27,167 bases of DNA, taken from contig JBFMCP010000012.1 of the NCBI GenBank assembly GCA_040754455.1, positions 1 through 27,167 of the forward strand, given 5' to 3'. This DNA comes from Nitrospirota bacterium (GTDB lineage Bacteria > Nitrospirota > Thermodesulfovibrionia > Thermodesulfovibrionales > Dissulfurispiraceae). Below, piece by piece: positions 1 to 9,051 of the stretch. The translations under genes were made by a program, and so were the position numbers. A model generated the notes under the pieces. The model had not been told where the DNA came from and did no database searches. It saw only the letters and a program-made list of their open reading frames with translations. Position 1 is the stretch's first letter; each line of letters begins with the position of its first letter.

Positions 1-88
1 TGGTAGACCACCACGTTGATAGGCTGGAAGTGTAAGTCCGGTAACGGATTCAGCTCACCAGTACTAATAGACCGTGTGCCTTGACCTC
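1..88 (+). rRNA. rrl: 23S rRNA, 3' end (partial)
   Basis: Typical 23S 3'-terminal sequence: gtagaccaccacgttgataggctggaagtgtaag...gtactaatagaccgtgtgccttgacc; followed by 5S. End coordinate approximate. Confidence 0.95.
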
Positions 89-135
89 TACTTCTTCCTC
101 CTCTCTTGCCTACCCCACATTCGTCAATTTTTTGT

Positions 136-164
136 TTGCAATATTAATTGTTTTATGGTATATT
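136..164 (+). promoter_or_regulatory. sigma70-type promoter in the 23S-5S spacer
   Basis: TTGCAA (136-141), 17 bp, TATATT (159-164), with extended -10 TG at 156-157; predicted +1 about 170-171. Confidence 0.6.
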
Positions 165-170
165 AAAATT

Positions 171-286
<116 letters not shown>

Positions 287-294
287 TTATGGAG

Positions 295-324
295 AGGCCT
301 GGTTTAAACGCCAGGCCTTTTTTT
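295..324 (+). terminator. intrinsic terminator of the rRNA operon
   Basis: aggcctgg-tttaaacg-ccaggcct stem followed by a T run. Confidence 0.85.
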
Positions 325-331
325 ATCCTTT

Positions 332-374
332 TGTGACCTCTCTCACATCCACATGCCCCCTCGTGCAGTAAAGT
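332..374 (+). promoter_or_regulatory. CRP/FNR-family box plus -10 element (class II activated promoter) for the DUF3568 gene
   Basis: Perfect TGTGA-N6-TCACA at 332-347; TAAAGT at 369-374 places the box centre at -41.5. Confidence 0.6.
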
Positions 375-413
375 ACAGGCAGATTAGGTAAGGAAAGGGC
401 GAGGAGGTGCACA

Positions 414-815
414 ATGCTGAGAAAAGCCGGCATTTTTTACCTGATGCTCTGCATGGTGTGCTTGTCTTCAGGGTGTGCGAGCCTTTTAATTACAGGAGCG
501 AGCGGAGGGGTTGCCTATACCTATACCAATATCGCTTATAAAACTGTGTGTTATCCTGTAGACAAGGTCGTTTCCGCTATGAACAGGGCGCTGAAAAAAA
601 TGGGCATACGTGAGGTCGAGCATACGAAAGAGAACAATGAAATTGCCATTAAAGCAGCAACGACCAGTTTAACCATCTATATCGATCTCGAAAAGATTAC
701 CGCTAAGTCCACCAAGATCGTTGTTGATGCGAGAAAAAAGGTCGTTTTAAAAGACAAGGCGACGGCAATGGAGATCATAGAGCAGACCATAAGGATACTG
801 GAAGGCAGATCCTAG
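414..815 (+). CDS. DUF3568-family lipoprotein
   Basis: SD gaggagg; signal peptide with lipobox-like LSSGC, Gly-rich segment GASGGVAY, C-terminal KDKATAMEII typical of DUF3568. Confidence 0.7.
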   Translation: MLRKAGIFYLMLCMVCLSSGCASLLITGASGGVAYTYTNIAYKTVCYPVDKVVSAMNRALKKMGIREVEHTKENNEIAIKAATTSLTIYIDLEKITAKSTKIVVDARKKVVLKDKATAMEIIEQTIRILEGRS

Positions 816-1852
816 GGAGGAGAAGCATCCTGGAAGGACGCATGAGCATGCCAGACTCGCAGCCGGTAATTGGTGCGGTCCTGCGGGCTCCAGGCGTATT
901 TGTAGTCCTCCCTTCCACGCAGAAAATCAAATTCATTTATTCCTTCAGTGATCGCGTCCTCGATAGCACGCCAGAGGATGAACTTGCCGGGGCTGCAGTG
1001 CGCAGCTTCCGGATCGAACCCGCTTAGATAGCAGTAAAGTCGCCCCTTGGCAGCAAAAGAGTAGAGTGCGGCAATGGGGGGGCCTCCAAGGCGCAGGATG
1101 CGGAGTCTGAGCCAGCCGCGTTCGAGGAATCCCTTGCAGACGTAACCATGAAATGCGCGCAGCCGTGGATCGGTCAACACGCCGCTCATGTTCCGCTCTT
1201 TCCATACTGTGCGATGGAGATGAAAGAGAACATCAAGGTATTCCTCTACGGTCTCTTCTGACGCCATCTCCGAGAGCATCTCTCCTTTGCGATTGATGGT
1301 ATTTCGCGTGTATCGCAGGCGCTTTCTGAACCGCGCAGTAAGACCTGCTCTGAATGACGCAACCGTGTCCGGCAAAGAGAGGACGGGACAGACCTCCATC
1401 TCCTCGACCGTGCTGTGCATTCCGGCTGTATCAGCACGCAACAACGGTGACTCCCGGCGAAGCTCCTGGAAATCGCATACGTCCCATCGCGATTTTTTCG
1501 AGAGCAGATACTCGAAGATCCTCTCTGCCCCTTCGATTGCGGTGTCGGGCTCTATGATGACGTCGAGGTAATCCGAAATCCCGGTCCCTATCAGGGATAT
1601 CTGGAGAAGACGGTCCTCCTGTCGTCTGAAAACAAAGAAAGGTGCGAGGCCTATCAAGCGCTTGTTGCGGCGGAGCGCCAGAACCAAAAGCTTGCTGTTC
1701 CCGAAATGCTTCCACCAGGGCAACAGCCACTCGGGCGACTGAAACGGGGTGGCAGAAGGACAGCGCTCCCACAACTCGGACCACTCCTGCCTGAGCGATG
1801 CAAAGACGGTACTATCATTTACTTCCTCGATGCTGATCAATGGGGCATTCAT
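812..1852 (-). CDS. GNAT-family acetyltransferase (CelD/BcsL-like, Acetyltransf_6)
   Basis: TPFQSPEWLLPWW, SDYLD, YLSGFDP..SPG, FDFLRGREDYK motifs; start taken at MNAPL (1852) rather than 1927. Confidence 0.85.
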   Translation of the reverse strand: MNAPLISIEEVNDSTVFASLRQEWSELWERCPSATPFQSPEWLLPWWKHFGNSKLLVLALRRNKRLIGLAPFFVFRRQEDRLLQISLIGTGISDYLDVIIEPDTAIEGAERIFEYLLSKKSRWDVCDFQELRRESPLLRADTAGMHSTVEEMEVCPVLSLPDTVASFRAGLTARFRKRLRYTRNTINRKGEMLSEMASEETVEEYLDVLFHLHRTVWKERNMSGVLTDPRLRAFHGYVCKGFLERGWLRLRILRLGGPPIAALYSFAAKGRLYCYLSGFDPEAAHCSPGKFILWRAIEDAITEGINEFDFLRGREDYKYAWSPQDRTNYRLRVWHAHASFQDASPP

Positions 1853-1996
1853 GATCTGAAGATATTTGCGTTGCTGCACGACGAAGAGGACGCAGGCTTT
1901 CTGAAGAGCCTTATATTTATATATCAATTATACGAGCGGCATAGATGTAGTGCAATGATTTTTGAATGTAAGAGACAGGTGGTGGGAGGTAATAGA

Positions 1997-2024
1997 TGTC
2001 TCCCGCGGCGCGCCGCGGGAGACA
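1997..2024. repeat. perfect 28-bp palindrome (possible terminator or REP-like hairpin)
   Basis: tgtctcccgcggcg|cgccgcgggagaca, 13 nt past the stop of the micro-ORF 2038-2196. Confidence 0.8.
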
Positions 2025-2037
2025 CGAAAGGTACTAC

Positions 2038-2196
2038 TTATTCTCCACAGCACAGCCGTTTCATTTTTTTCTTCCCTGACGGGGAAACGGCCATGACGAC
2101 ATCGACTTTTTTCCCGCAATTACGGCAGAGCTGTGCTCTGCTCTTGTTTTCCGCTCTTGCAGCAACGTCGGTCTTTGATTTTCCTTTCTCAGCCAT
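2038..2196 (-). CDS. 52-aa basic Cys-rich micro-protein (CxxC...CC), putative Zn-binding
   Basis: Hand translation MAEKGKSKTDVAARAENKSRAQLCRNCGKKVDVVMAVSPSGKKKMKRLCCGE*; SD AAGGAGG 7 nt upstream; promoters upstream and hairpin downstream. Not in the ORF track (under 60 aa). Confidence 0.8.
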   Translation of the reverse strand: MAEKGKSKTDVAARAENKSRAQLCRNCGKKVDVVMAVSPSGKKKMKRLCCGE

Positions 2197-2295
2197 GATA
2201 CATCCTCCTTTCGCTATCTCTCATTCGAGCGATCGTATTCATAGTTATCGGGGTGTTCTGCTTTTTCTTGCAGCCTATTCAAGTGCTCAGAATAA

Positions 2296-2311
2296 GGCAG
2301 TGAAAGTGCCA
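2296..2311 (-). promoter_or_regulatory. sigma54 (-24/-12) promoter candidate
   Basis: Minus strand TGGCAC-TTTCA-CTGCC (GG-N10-GC). Confidence 0.5.
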
Positions 2312-2337
2312 GTTGAGAAAACACCCGCAAACTTTAC

Positions 2338-2367
2338 ACTATACTCCAAAAAACCAAATATTGTCAA
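2338..2367 (-). promoter_or_regulatory. sigma70 promoter for the micro-ORF
   Basis: Minus strand TTGACA, 18 bp, TATAGT. Confidence 0.7.
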
Positions 2368-2532
2368 TGAGAACCCCGGAGAAAGGAGGCCTTTCGGAGG
2401 AGGGAGAAACTGAGGGATGGTCGAAGTTTCTGAAAATAAAGCAAAGAAACAAACTATCCCGCCGCTCTTTCGCATTTTTTATCTACCTATGGTAACGTAA
2501 AAAATCAAAAGTTTTAATAAACAGTACGCATC

Positions 2533-3837
2533 ATGAACAAGATAGTGTATCCAAACAAAATGCCGCGTATGGTTTACGCCAACGCTGCGGGCGAAATCAT
2601 CGATATTCCCGACCTGGAAATGGCAGGCAGAAGCGGTACTGCGTTTTTTCGTCCGCAGCTCTCGGAACTCATCCCGCTACCGGAGGGGAGCGAGCTCTTT
2701 GTGCTTCCGGATCGTTTCCCCGTTGGCATTGATCCTGTCAACGGCGCGCCGATGAGCGTTGTGGAGGACCCGTATCATCCCGGGACTCCCGCCCGTGCGG
2801 TTGCTGCATTCATTGCACCTGCCCATACCGCCATTTATACTGCTGCCTACGAAAAAATGAAAAGAGATGCAGCGATATTGCCCCTCTTTGCCTATACGGC
2901 GGTAGGGTGGCACGACGGCCGTTTCTGGGTGACTGCCTTTCGCAGTGATCCTGATCCCCGTCAAGATGCCGACCAGTTTAATGCGCGAACGATTAAAACT
3001 AAAACCAACCGGCAATTAAGGAAATTCCCTCACAACCGCCTCATCCAGCACCTCGGGAAGTGCTGTCTCACCTACGGCTGTCCTGCTGCACGAAACTACT
3101 TTCTCGGGCGATGGGAAGCGCCGCTTCCTACTTCTCCGCACTGTAATGCCGATTGTGTGGGCTGTATATCACTGCAGGTATCGGGCTGCTGTCCCGCAAC
3201 ACAGGACAGAATCACGTTTATCCCTACTTCCGATGAGATTGTGGAGACCGCACTGCCACACCTCGCCGGGGCGCCGCGGCCGATCGTGAGCTTCGGGCAA
3301 GGCTGCGAGGGCGAGCCGCTGCTCCAGGCAAAAGTGATCGAGCAGGCGATCAGGACAATCAGAAGGCAGACCACACAGGGCACTATCAACCTCAACACTA
3401 ATGCAAGTCTGCCGGGTCGTGTAGAGCGTCTCGCCCGGGCAGGGCTTGATTCCATGCGCGTGAGCTTGAATAGTGCCCGTCCGGAAACATACCGGCGCTA
3501 CTACCGGCCGAAGGGATTTTCTTTTAATGAAGTGAAAGAGTCAATCCTCGTCATGAAGCGGCATAAGAAATTCGTCTCACTTAATTATTTCATTCTCCCC
3601 GGATTCACTGATGATCCCAGGGAGACCACCGCGTTTTTCGATCTTGTGGAAGACTGCCGGCCTGATCTCGTCCAGCTGCGCAATCTCAATATGGATCCCG
3701 ACTGGTATCTGGAGGCGGTAAGGCACAAAGCACGAAGAGCGCCGTTAGGAGTACTGAGCTGGCTTGAGAGAGTGAAGAAGAACTTTCCCTTCCTGAAATT
3801 CGGCTACTTCAATCCTTATCTCGGAGCAACGACGTGA
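2533..3837 (+). CDS. radical SAM protein of unknown function
   Basis: CxxxCxxC (CNADCVGC), GGE-like motif SFGQGCEGEP, NLNTNAS, RVSLNS; extra Cys clusters KCCLTYGC and GCC. Confidence 0.9.
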   Translation: MNKIVYPNKMPRMVYANAAGEIIDIPDLEMAGRSGTAFFRPQLSELIPLPEGSELFVLPDRFPVGIDPVNGAPMSVVEDPYHPGTPARAVAAFIAPAHTAIYTAAYEKMKRDAAILPLFAYTAVGWHDGRFWVTAFRSDPDPRQDADQFNARTIKTKTNRQLRKFPHNRLIQHLGKCCLTYGCPAARNYFLGRWEAPLPTSPHCNADCVGCISLQVSGCCPATQDRITFIPTSDEIVETALPHLAGAPRPIVSFGQGCEGEPLLQAKVIEQAIRTIRRQTTQGTINLNTNASLPGRVERLARAGLDSMRVSLNSARPETYRRYYRPKGFSFNEVKESILVMKRHKKFVSLNYFILPGFTDDPRETTAFFDLVEDCRPDLVQLRNLNMDPDWYLEAVRHKARRAPLGVLSWLERVKKNFPFLKFGYFNPYLGATT

Positions 3838-3871
3838 GGCAGGAGCACGCAGAAGAGCAGGCGGATGGAGG

Positions 3872-5122
3872 TTAGGAGACCCAGGAGATTCTGTCCTTGC
3901 CGGTCTGTTTTGCCTTGTAGAGACCTTCGTCCGCTCTTTTTATGATCGACTCCACTGAGCTATCGCGCTCGTGCATCGAAGCGATCCCGAGACTTATCGT
4001 GACTGGTATCTTGACGGTATTGAGGACGCTGCCAGCCAGCCGCTCTTTTACTAGAAGGCGTATACGTTCGGCATAATGGATGGTCTCGTTAAAATCCGTA
4101 TCAGGGAGTATGATAAGGAACTCCTCACCGCCATAACGGCCAACGAAGTCGTAGGAGCGCATGGAGCTTCTGATAGTCACAGCGACTTCCTTCAGGACCT
4201 CATCACCAAAGAGATGGCCGAATTCATCATTAAGCCGCTTGAAATTATCGATATCGATAAGAAGACAACAGAGGTCTTTTCCGAGCCGTTTGCTGCGCTC
4301 GAATTCCTCCCTGAAACGGGAGAGGATGTATCTTCTGTTGAAGAGGCCGGTCAGATCATCGGTGATTGCCAGTTCCTCTATCCTCTTCCTGCACTCGGCG
4401 CTCTTATTGCTCAGTCTATTGGTGAAAAACTGGATAATCCCCAGAGTAATTAAGAAGCTCACCAGCGCAAAGGAAATGATGATCATGGTGTTCTTTTTTT
4501 GCAGTTTCAGCAAGTCTTGAATCTCGAACATCACGCTGATACCGCCCCGCACGTCACCGAGTTTATACCCGTCAGGGTGGCATTGCAGGCAGGGCTTTTC
4601 GATGTAGAGCGGCGCCATGTATCTGAAGTAGGTCTTATTGTTGACGGTAACATTTTGATATACCTCTTTTTCACCATGCTCAAAGAGCGCGAGCGCTCGT
4701 CTTTCGAACGCATCAGGCATATTTGCCTTGTTATCGGGGTTGAGGAGTCGCAGGCTTGTAATATGGAATTTGAAGAGGCCCTCTTTTTCAGCAAGCACCG
4801 AGAGCTCACGGGTCATCGGGGTGGGCTTTTTCACCGTAAAAATCCGCCCGTCCACGGCTGTAATATCGGGGTTTTTCAGATAGGGGTTTGATGCAACCCC
4901 CTCTTTTTTTTCCACATAAACCCCATTGTAGCTGAAATTCCATTTTCTCATAATGACAATGCTCTTGAAGATCGTTCGCGCTTCTGATAAGGCCTGCTCA
5001 TGAATGAGCCTCTCATTGCCGTAGTTCATAATGGCAAAAATAATGGTGAGGATCAGCACAAAAGCGAAACTGACGGTAATGATGAAATTTCTATAGATGT
5101 GCTTTTCACCAAATAAATCCAT
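3872..5122 (-). CDS. membrane diguanylate cyclase with periplasmic DUF3365 (Tll0287-like) c-type heme domain
   Basis: Two TM helices flanking a periplasmic region with CLQCH and GDVRGGIS; DDLTGLFNRR, RxxD I-site (RSYD), GGEEF. Start could be 5122, 5134 or 5158. Confidence 0.92.
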   Translation of the reverse strand: MDLFGEKHIYRNFIITVSFAFVLILTIIFAIMNYGNERLIHEQALSEARTIFKSIVIMRKWNFSYNGVYVEKKEGVASNPYLKNPDITAVDGRIFTVKKPTPMTRELSVLAEKEGLFKFHITSLRLLNPDNKANMPDAFERRALALFEHGEKEVYQNVTVNNKTYFRYMAPLYIEKPCLQCHPDGYKLGDVRGGISVMFEIQDLLKLQKKNTMIIISFALVSFLITLGIIQFFTNRLSNKSAECRKRIEELAITDDLTGLFNRRYILSRFREEFERSKRLGKDLCCLLIDIDNFKRLNDEFGHLFGDEVLKEVAVTIRSSMRSYDFVGRYGGEEFLIILPDTDFNETIHYAERIRLLVKERLAGSVLNTVKIPVTISLGIASMHERDSSVESIIKRADEGLYKAKQTGKDRISWVS

Positions 5123-5250
5123 ATTACGCCTCATAAAAGTGCCGCCTGAAAGCAGCATAAACCACGCTCTCCCCTCACGAGGGCAATTAATTGTTTTTTA
5201 AAAGATTACAAAGAGAAACCACAATTTCGAGGCCCGTGCAGCCTGTTATT

Positions 5251-5277
5251 TTATCGGAATAAACGGGAAAGAGTTGA
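5251..5277 (-). promoter_or_regulatory. sigma28 (FliA)-type promoter for the diguanylate cyclase
   Basis: Minus strand TCAA-N15-TCCGATAA against consensus TAAA-N15-GCCGATAA. Confidence 0.55.
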
Positions 5278-5361
5278 ATGGCGGGATTGAAAGAAGTTTG
5301 GGGAGTTACTGCATTATGGGATAAGGTTGCATGCACTTGAGACAGCGCACCCGGCTCTGCC

Positions 5362-6039
5362 CTATTTCCTCTCCCAGAATACGATTGCGATATCGGTGCT
5401 GTCGCACTGGACCGGCCGGCCGTCCCTCATTGCCGTGCATATCATCTCAACTCCCAGAGCATCTTTAAGCTCAAGCACCTCTTCCGGAGACTCGAAGTAG
5501 AAGCTGCTGTCCACGTGATATTTCCTGATGAAGAGATGATTATAGGTGTTTTGAAGAGCATTGATATGCTTGAAATCGATGAAGATGTTTTGATTGATCT
5601 CGGTGACAAGGGCAACATAGAATGCCCCTAAAGAGAAGACCTTTTTCATGCCTTCAGCAATCCCGCCGCTGGTGAGGTGAAGGCTGTTGCAGGCGACGAC
5701 GAGATCAAATTCATCTTCCTGATGAATTGTGAAATCTTCCCAGCGCTCGGGAACTATCTTTATGTTTTCGATGCCGAAGGACAGGAGTTTCGCACTGAGA
5801 AAATCCCTCATACCCGATGAGGGCTCGAGTGCCCTGACTATGCATCCCAGCGATGCCAGGGGAATTGCAATCGGTCCCGTGCCTGCACCGATATCGAGGA
5901 TCCGGCAGCCAGGATCGATCATCTGGCTGATTTCCCTGACGATCGGCATGTGGTATGTTCCGCGGCTGATCCATTTCTCGTACCAGGGAGCGAAATAATC
6001 CCAGAATGCGATTGTTCCCCGTAATCTCGTAAGGTTCAT
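5362..6039 (-). CDS. class I SAM-dependent methyltransferase
   Basis: ILDIGAGTG motif I, ALEPSSGM, FDLVVACNSLH; start taken at MNLTRL. Confidence 0.88.
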   Translation of the reverse strand: MNLTRLRGTIAFWDYFAPWYEKWISRGTYHMPIVREISQMIDPGCRILDIGAGTGPIAIPLASLGCIVRALEPSSGMRDFLSAKLLSFGIENIKIVPERWEDFTIHQEDEFDLVVACNSLHLTSGGIAEGMKKVFSLGAFYVALVTEINQNIFIDFKHINALQNTYNHLFIRKYHVDSSFYFESPEEVLELKDALGVEMICTAMRDGRPVQCDSTDIAIVFWERK

Positions 6040-6102
6040 AACTAAATTATAGCGCTTTAATGAAAAGAAAGGCTCACCGCAGTAATGATACAATAAAAGG
6101 GC

Positions 6103-8646
6103 ATGGCTCGTTTATTACCAAGGTACCCAATCGACAATATACTTCCCACGTTGAAGAAAGCGGTGCTCGTGCATTCTTCAGTTGTGCTGCATGCGCCGCC
6201 CGGCGCGGGAAAAACGACGCGTGTGCCCCTCGCCCTGCTTGAAGTGCTCCCTCCTGACAAGGGTCGCATCATCATGCTCGAGCCGCGCAGGATTGCAGCA
6301 GTATCCGCTGCGCGCTGGATGGCGCAGACCATCGGCGAGCAGGCGGGCGGGACTATCGGCTATTCGATACGCTTTGACAGCAAGGTCTCGGAGAGGACGC
6401 GCATTGAAGTCGTTACCGAAGGTATTCTCACCCGTCGCCTTCAGGCCGACCCATCGCTTGAGGGAGTGGCGATGGTCATTTTTGATGAGTTCCATGAGCG
6501 GAGCCTCCACGCCGACCTGGCGCTTGCCCTCTGTCTTGATGCACGACGGGGGATGAGGGAGGATTTAAAGATTCTCGTTATGTCGGCAACGCTCGAGACC
6601 GGTCCCATCGCTGCGCTGCTCGGTGGCGCACGGGTCATCTCGTCTGAAGGCAATGCCTATCCTGTCGAAGAGCGCTATCTGTCAGAACGGCAGGAGAAAT
6701 CACTCCCGGAACGGATCACTGCTGCTGTTCGTACTGCTCTCTCCGCGACTTCCGGCGATATCCTCGTCTTTCTGCCGGGGGCCGGCGAGATACGTGCCTG
6801 TGCCGGTATGCTGCGCGCCGTGGCAGAGAGCAGGGATGCAGGGCTGGCGGTTCATCCCCTTTACGGCGATCTGCCTTTCGAGGAGCAGGAGCGCGCCATT
6901 CTCCCTTCGGAGAAACGCAAAATCGTGCTCGCGACGAATATAGCAGAAACATCGCTTACGATCGACGGAGTGCGTGTTGTCATCGACAGCGGTTTGACCC
7001 GCAGGCTCCGGTATGATCCTTCTACAGGGATGAACCGCCTGGTCACCATTTCGGTCTCGAAGGCGTCTGCCGAGCAGCGCAAGGGCCGGGCAGGACGTCT
7101 CGCCCCCGGCGTCTGCTACCGTCTCTACAGCCGGCAAGCTTTTCAAGCAATGGCCCCCTTTACACCACCTGAAATACTTGTGTCTGATCTCTCTTCACTC
7201 GTCCTCGAGCTCGCTGCGTGGGGCGTAAACACTCCTTTGGCGCTCTCCTGGCCCGATACACCACCTGCCGCAGCATGGGAATCGGCACGCCGCCTGCTCA
7301 CGGCATTAGACGCCCTTGATGCGGCAGGCTCGATCACTCCTACCGGCAGTGCAATGGTCCGCCTTCCCCTTCATCCCCGACTTGCCCGCATGATGGTGCG
7401 GGCAGGAGAGCTCGGCTGTCTTCGGCTCGGCGCCGATCTTGCCGCACTCCTTTCTGAGCGTGATATCATCCGCCTGAACACCGTAGATCGCATGGTGCGC
7501 GGACATGGGCCTGATATTGCCGAACGGCTCGATATCCTGCGTGCATGGAGAGAGGGCAGAGAAACAGCCGGTGCTGACGACTGGGCTCTCCGCGTGGTAG
7601 ACAGGACAGCACAACAGCTCTTGCGTTTGATGCAGGGCACGGGCCGTACTCCTGGCAAGGAGCTGCAGGTCCCTGATGCGCTCTCCCGTCTGCTGCTGAG
7701 CGCCTTCCCCGAAAGGATCGGCAAACGGCGCGAGGACAGTGACGGGCGTTTTGTCCTGTCGCAGGGCAGAGGGGTACGGCTGCCGCACACCAGTGGACTG
7801 AGCAGAAGCCAGTTCATCATCGCGGTAAACGTTGATGCAGGGGAGGGGGGAGAAGGTATTGTACATAGCGCTGCTGCTCTTACTGAAGAATTGATACGTC
7901 AGGAGTGTGCAGGCCGCATCGAAAAGGTACAAAGGGTCGAATGGGACAAGCGGGAGAACAGCATCATATCGACGCTTGAAGAGCGTCTGGGTGCCGTCCT
8001 CCTTTCATCAAAACCTTTCCCTCCTGCTGATGAGGAAGTCGCTCCTCTTCTGTGCGAGGCGATCCGCTCTAATCCCGGTTTGCTCGACTTTAGCAGAGAG
8101 GCACGCCAGCTACAGGGACGCATTGCATTGATGCGAAGGATCTTTCCTGAAGAACCGTGGCCAGATCTCTCCGATGAGTACCTGTTTGCCTTTCCGGATG
8201 CGTGGCTGATGCCCTGGCTCGGCGGTATCCGTAGCAGTCAGGATATTGCTGCCCTTGATGTTCTTCCTGCGCTCAAGGCATTACTCTCCTGGGAGCAGCA
8301 GCGACTGCTCGAAGATCGTGCACCAACGCACCTCCCTGTTCCCAGCGGTCACCGTGTTGCGCTCGATTACACGCAGGGAGATATCCCGGTGCTTGCAGTG
8401 AAGTTGCAGGAGATGTTCGGTCTCGCGGACACGCCGGCAATAGCCAATGGCCGGATCAGGGTGCTGCTCCATCTCTTATCTCCGGCCCGTCGGCCTGTGC
8501 AGATTACGCAGGATTTGAAGGGATTCTGGAACAGCAGTTATCAGCAGGTAAAAAAGGAGTTGAAAGGGCGCTATCCCAAACACCCCTGGCCGGACGATCC
8601 ATGGAATGCGGTGCCGACGAGGAAAACGAAATCCCACAACAGGTAA
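6103..8646 (+). CDS. hrpB: ATP-dependent RNA helicase HrpB
   Basis: APPGAGKTT, EPRRIAA, DEFHERS, MSAT, ATNIAETSLTI, QRKGRAGR, C-terminal GRYPKHPWPDDP. Confidence 0.97.
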   Translation: MARLLPRYPIDNILPTLKKAVLVHSSVVLHAPPGAGKTTRVPLALLEVLPPDKGRIIMLEPRRIAAVSAARWMAQTIGEQAGGTIGYSIRFDSKVSERTRIEVVTEGILTRRLQADPSLEGVAMVIFDEFHERSLHADLALALCLDARRGMREDLKILVMSATLETGPIAALLGGARVISSEGNAYPVEERYLSERQEKSLPERITAAVRTALSATSGDILVFLPGAGEIRACAGMLRAVAESRDAGLAVHPLYGDLPFEEQERAILPSEKRKIVLATNIAETSLTIDGVRVVIDSGLTRRLRYDPSTGMNRLVTISVSKASAEQRKGRAGRLAPGVCYRLYSRQAFQAMAPFTPPEILVSDLSSLVLELAAWGVNTPLALSWPDTPPAAAWESARRLLTALDALDAAGSITPTGSAMVRLPLHPRLARMMVRAGELGCLRLGADLAALLSERDIIRLNTVDRMVRGHGPDIAERLDILRAWREGRETAGADDWALRVVDRTAQQLLRLMQGTGRTPGKELQVPDALSRLLLSAFPERIGKRREDSDGRFVLSQGRGVRLPHTSGLSRSQFIIAVNVDAGEGGEGIVHSAAALTEELIRQECAGRIEKVQRVEWDKRENSIISTLEERLGAVLLSSKPFPPADEEVAPLLCEAIRSNPGLLDFSREARQLQGRIALMRRIFPEEPWPDLSDEYLFAFPDAWLMPWLGGIRSSQDIAALDVLPALKALLSWEQQRLLEDRAPTHLPVPSGHRVALDYTQGDIPVLAVKLQEMFGLADTPAIANGRIRVLLHLLSPARRPVQITQDLKGFWNSSYQQVKKELKGRYPKHPWPDDPWNAVPTRKTKSHNR

Positions 8647-8673
8647 AAAGCCTTCTGAGTCTGTCCCAATGTG

Positions 8674-9051
8674 TTATTCATATTGCTCCAATTCTTCTTC
8701 CGAAAAGCCGAAATAATGGCCGATCTCGTGAATGAGGGTCGTTCGTATTTCCTCGATAAGCTCACGCTCGGACGAGCAGATCGCTTCGATATTTTTCTGA
8801 AAAAGGATGATCTCATCAGGCAGGGGAGGGGGGATATCGAACATGCCTCCTTTATCCTGGTAAGCGATGCCGCGAAAGAGGCCGAGGAGTTCGTTGCGCG
8901 GTACATCGGTGAACTCTACATCTTCACGGGTCGGGTAGTCCTCAATCATAATGGAAATATTGGTGAAGTACTGTTTGAATTTGTCCGGCAGCGCTTCGAG
9001 TGCCTGCTCGGTAAGATGTTCGAAGTGTCTTCTGTTTGTTCTGAAGGGCAT
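8674..9051 (-). CDS. minimal zincin metallopeptidase (Zincin_1/DUF1025)
   Basis: LLGLFRG, PDEIILFQ, HEIGHYFG (HExxH). Confidence 0.9.
   Translation of the reverse strand: MPFRTNRRHFEHLTEQALEALPDKFKQYFTNISIMIEDYPTREDVEFTDVPRNELLGLFRGIAYQDKGGMFDIPPPLPDEIILFQKNIEAICSSERELIEEIRTTLIHEIGHYFGFSEEELEQYE

Noticed and set aside
2240..2330. c-di-GMP-II or ZTP riboswitch in the micro-ORF leader
   Set aside because: Only fragments match (GCACUUG, ACUGGC); the required GUGCAACC or CGCCUGGG partner elements are absent.
1706..2413. 235-aa plus-strand ORF
   Set aside because: Antisense to the GNAT gene and the 52-aa micro-ORF, with no SD and no recognisable motif.
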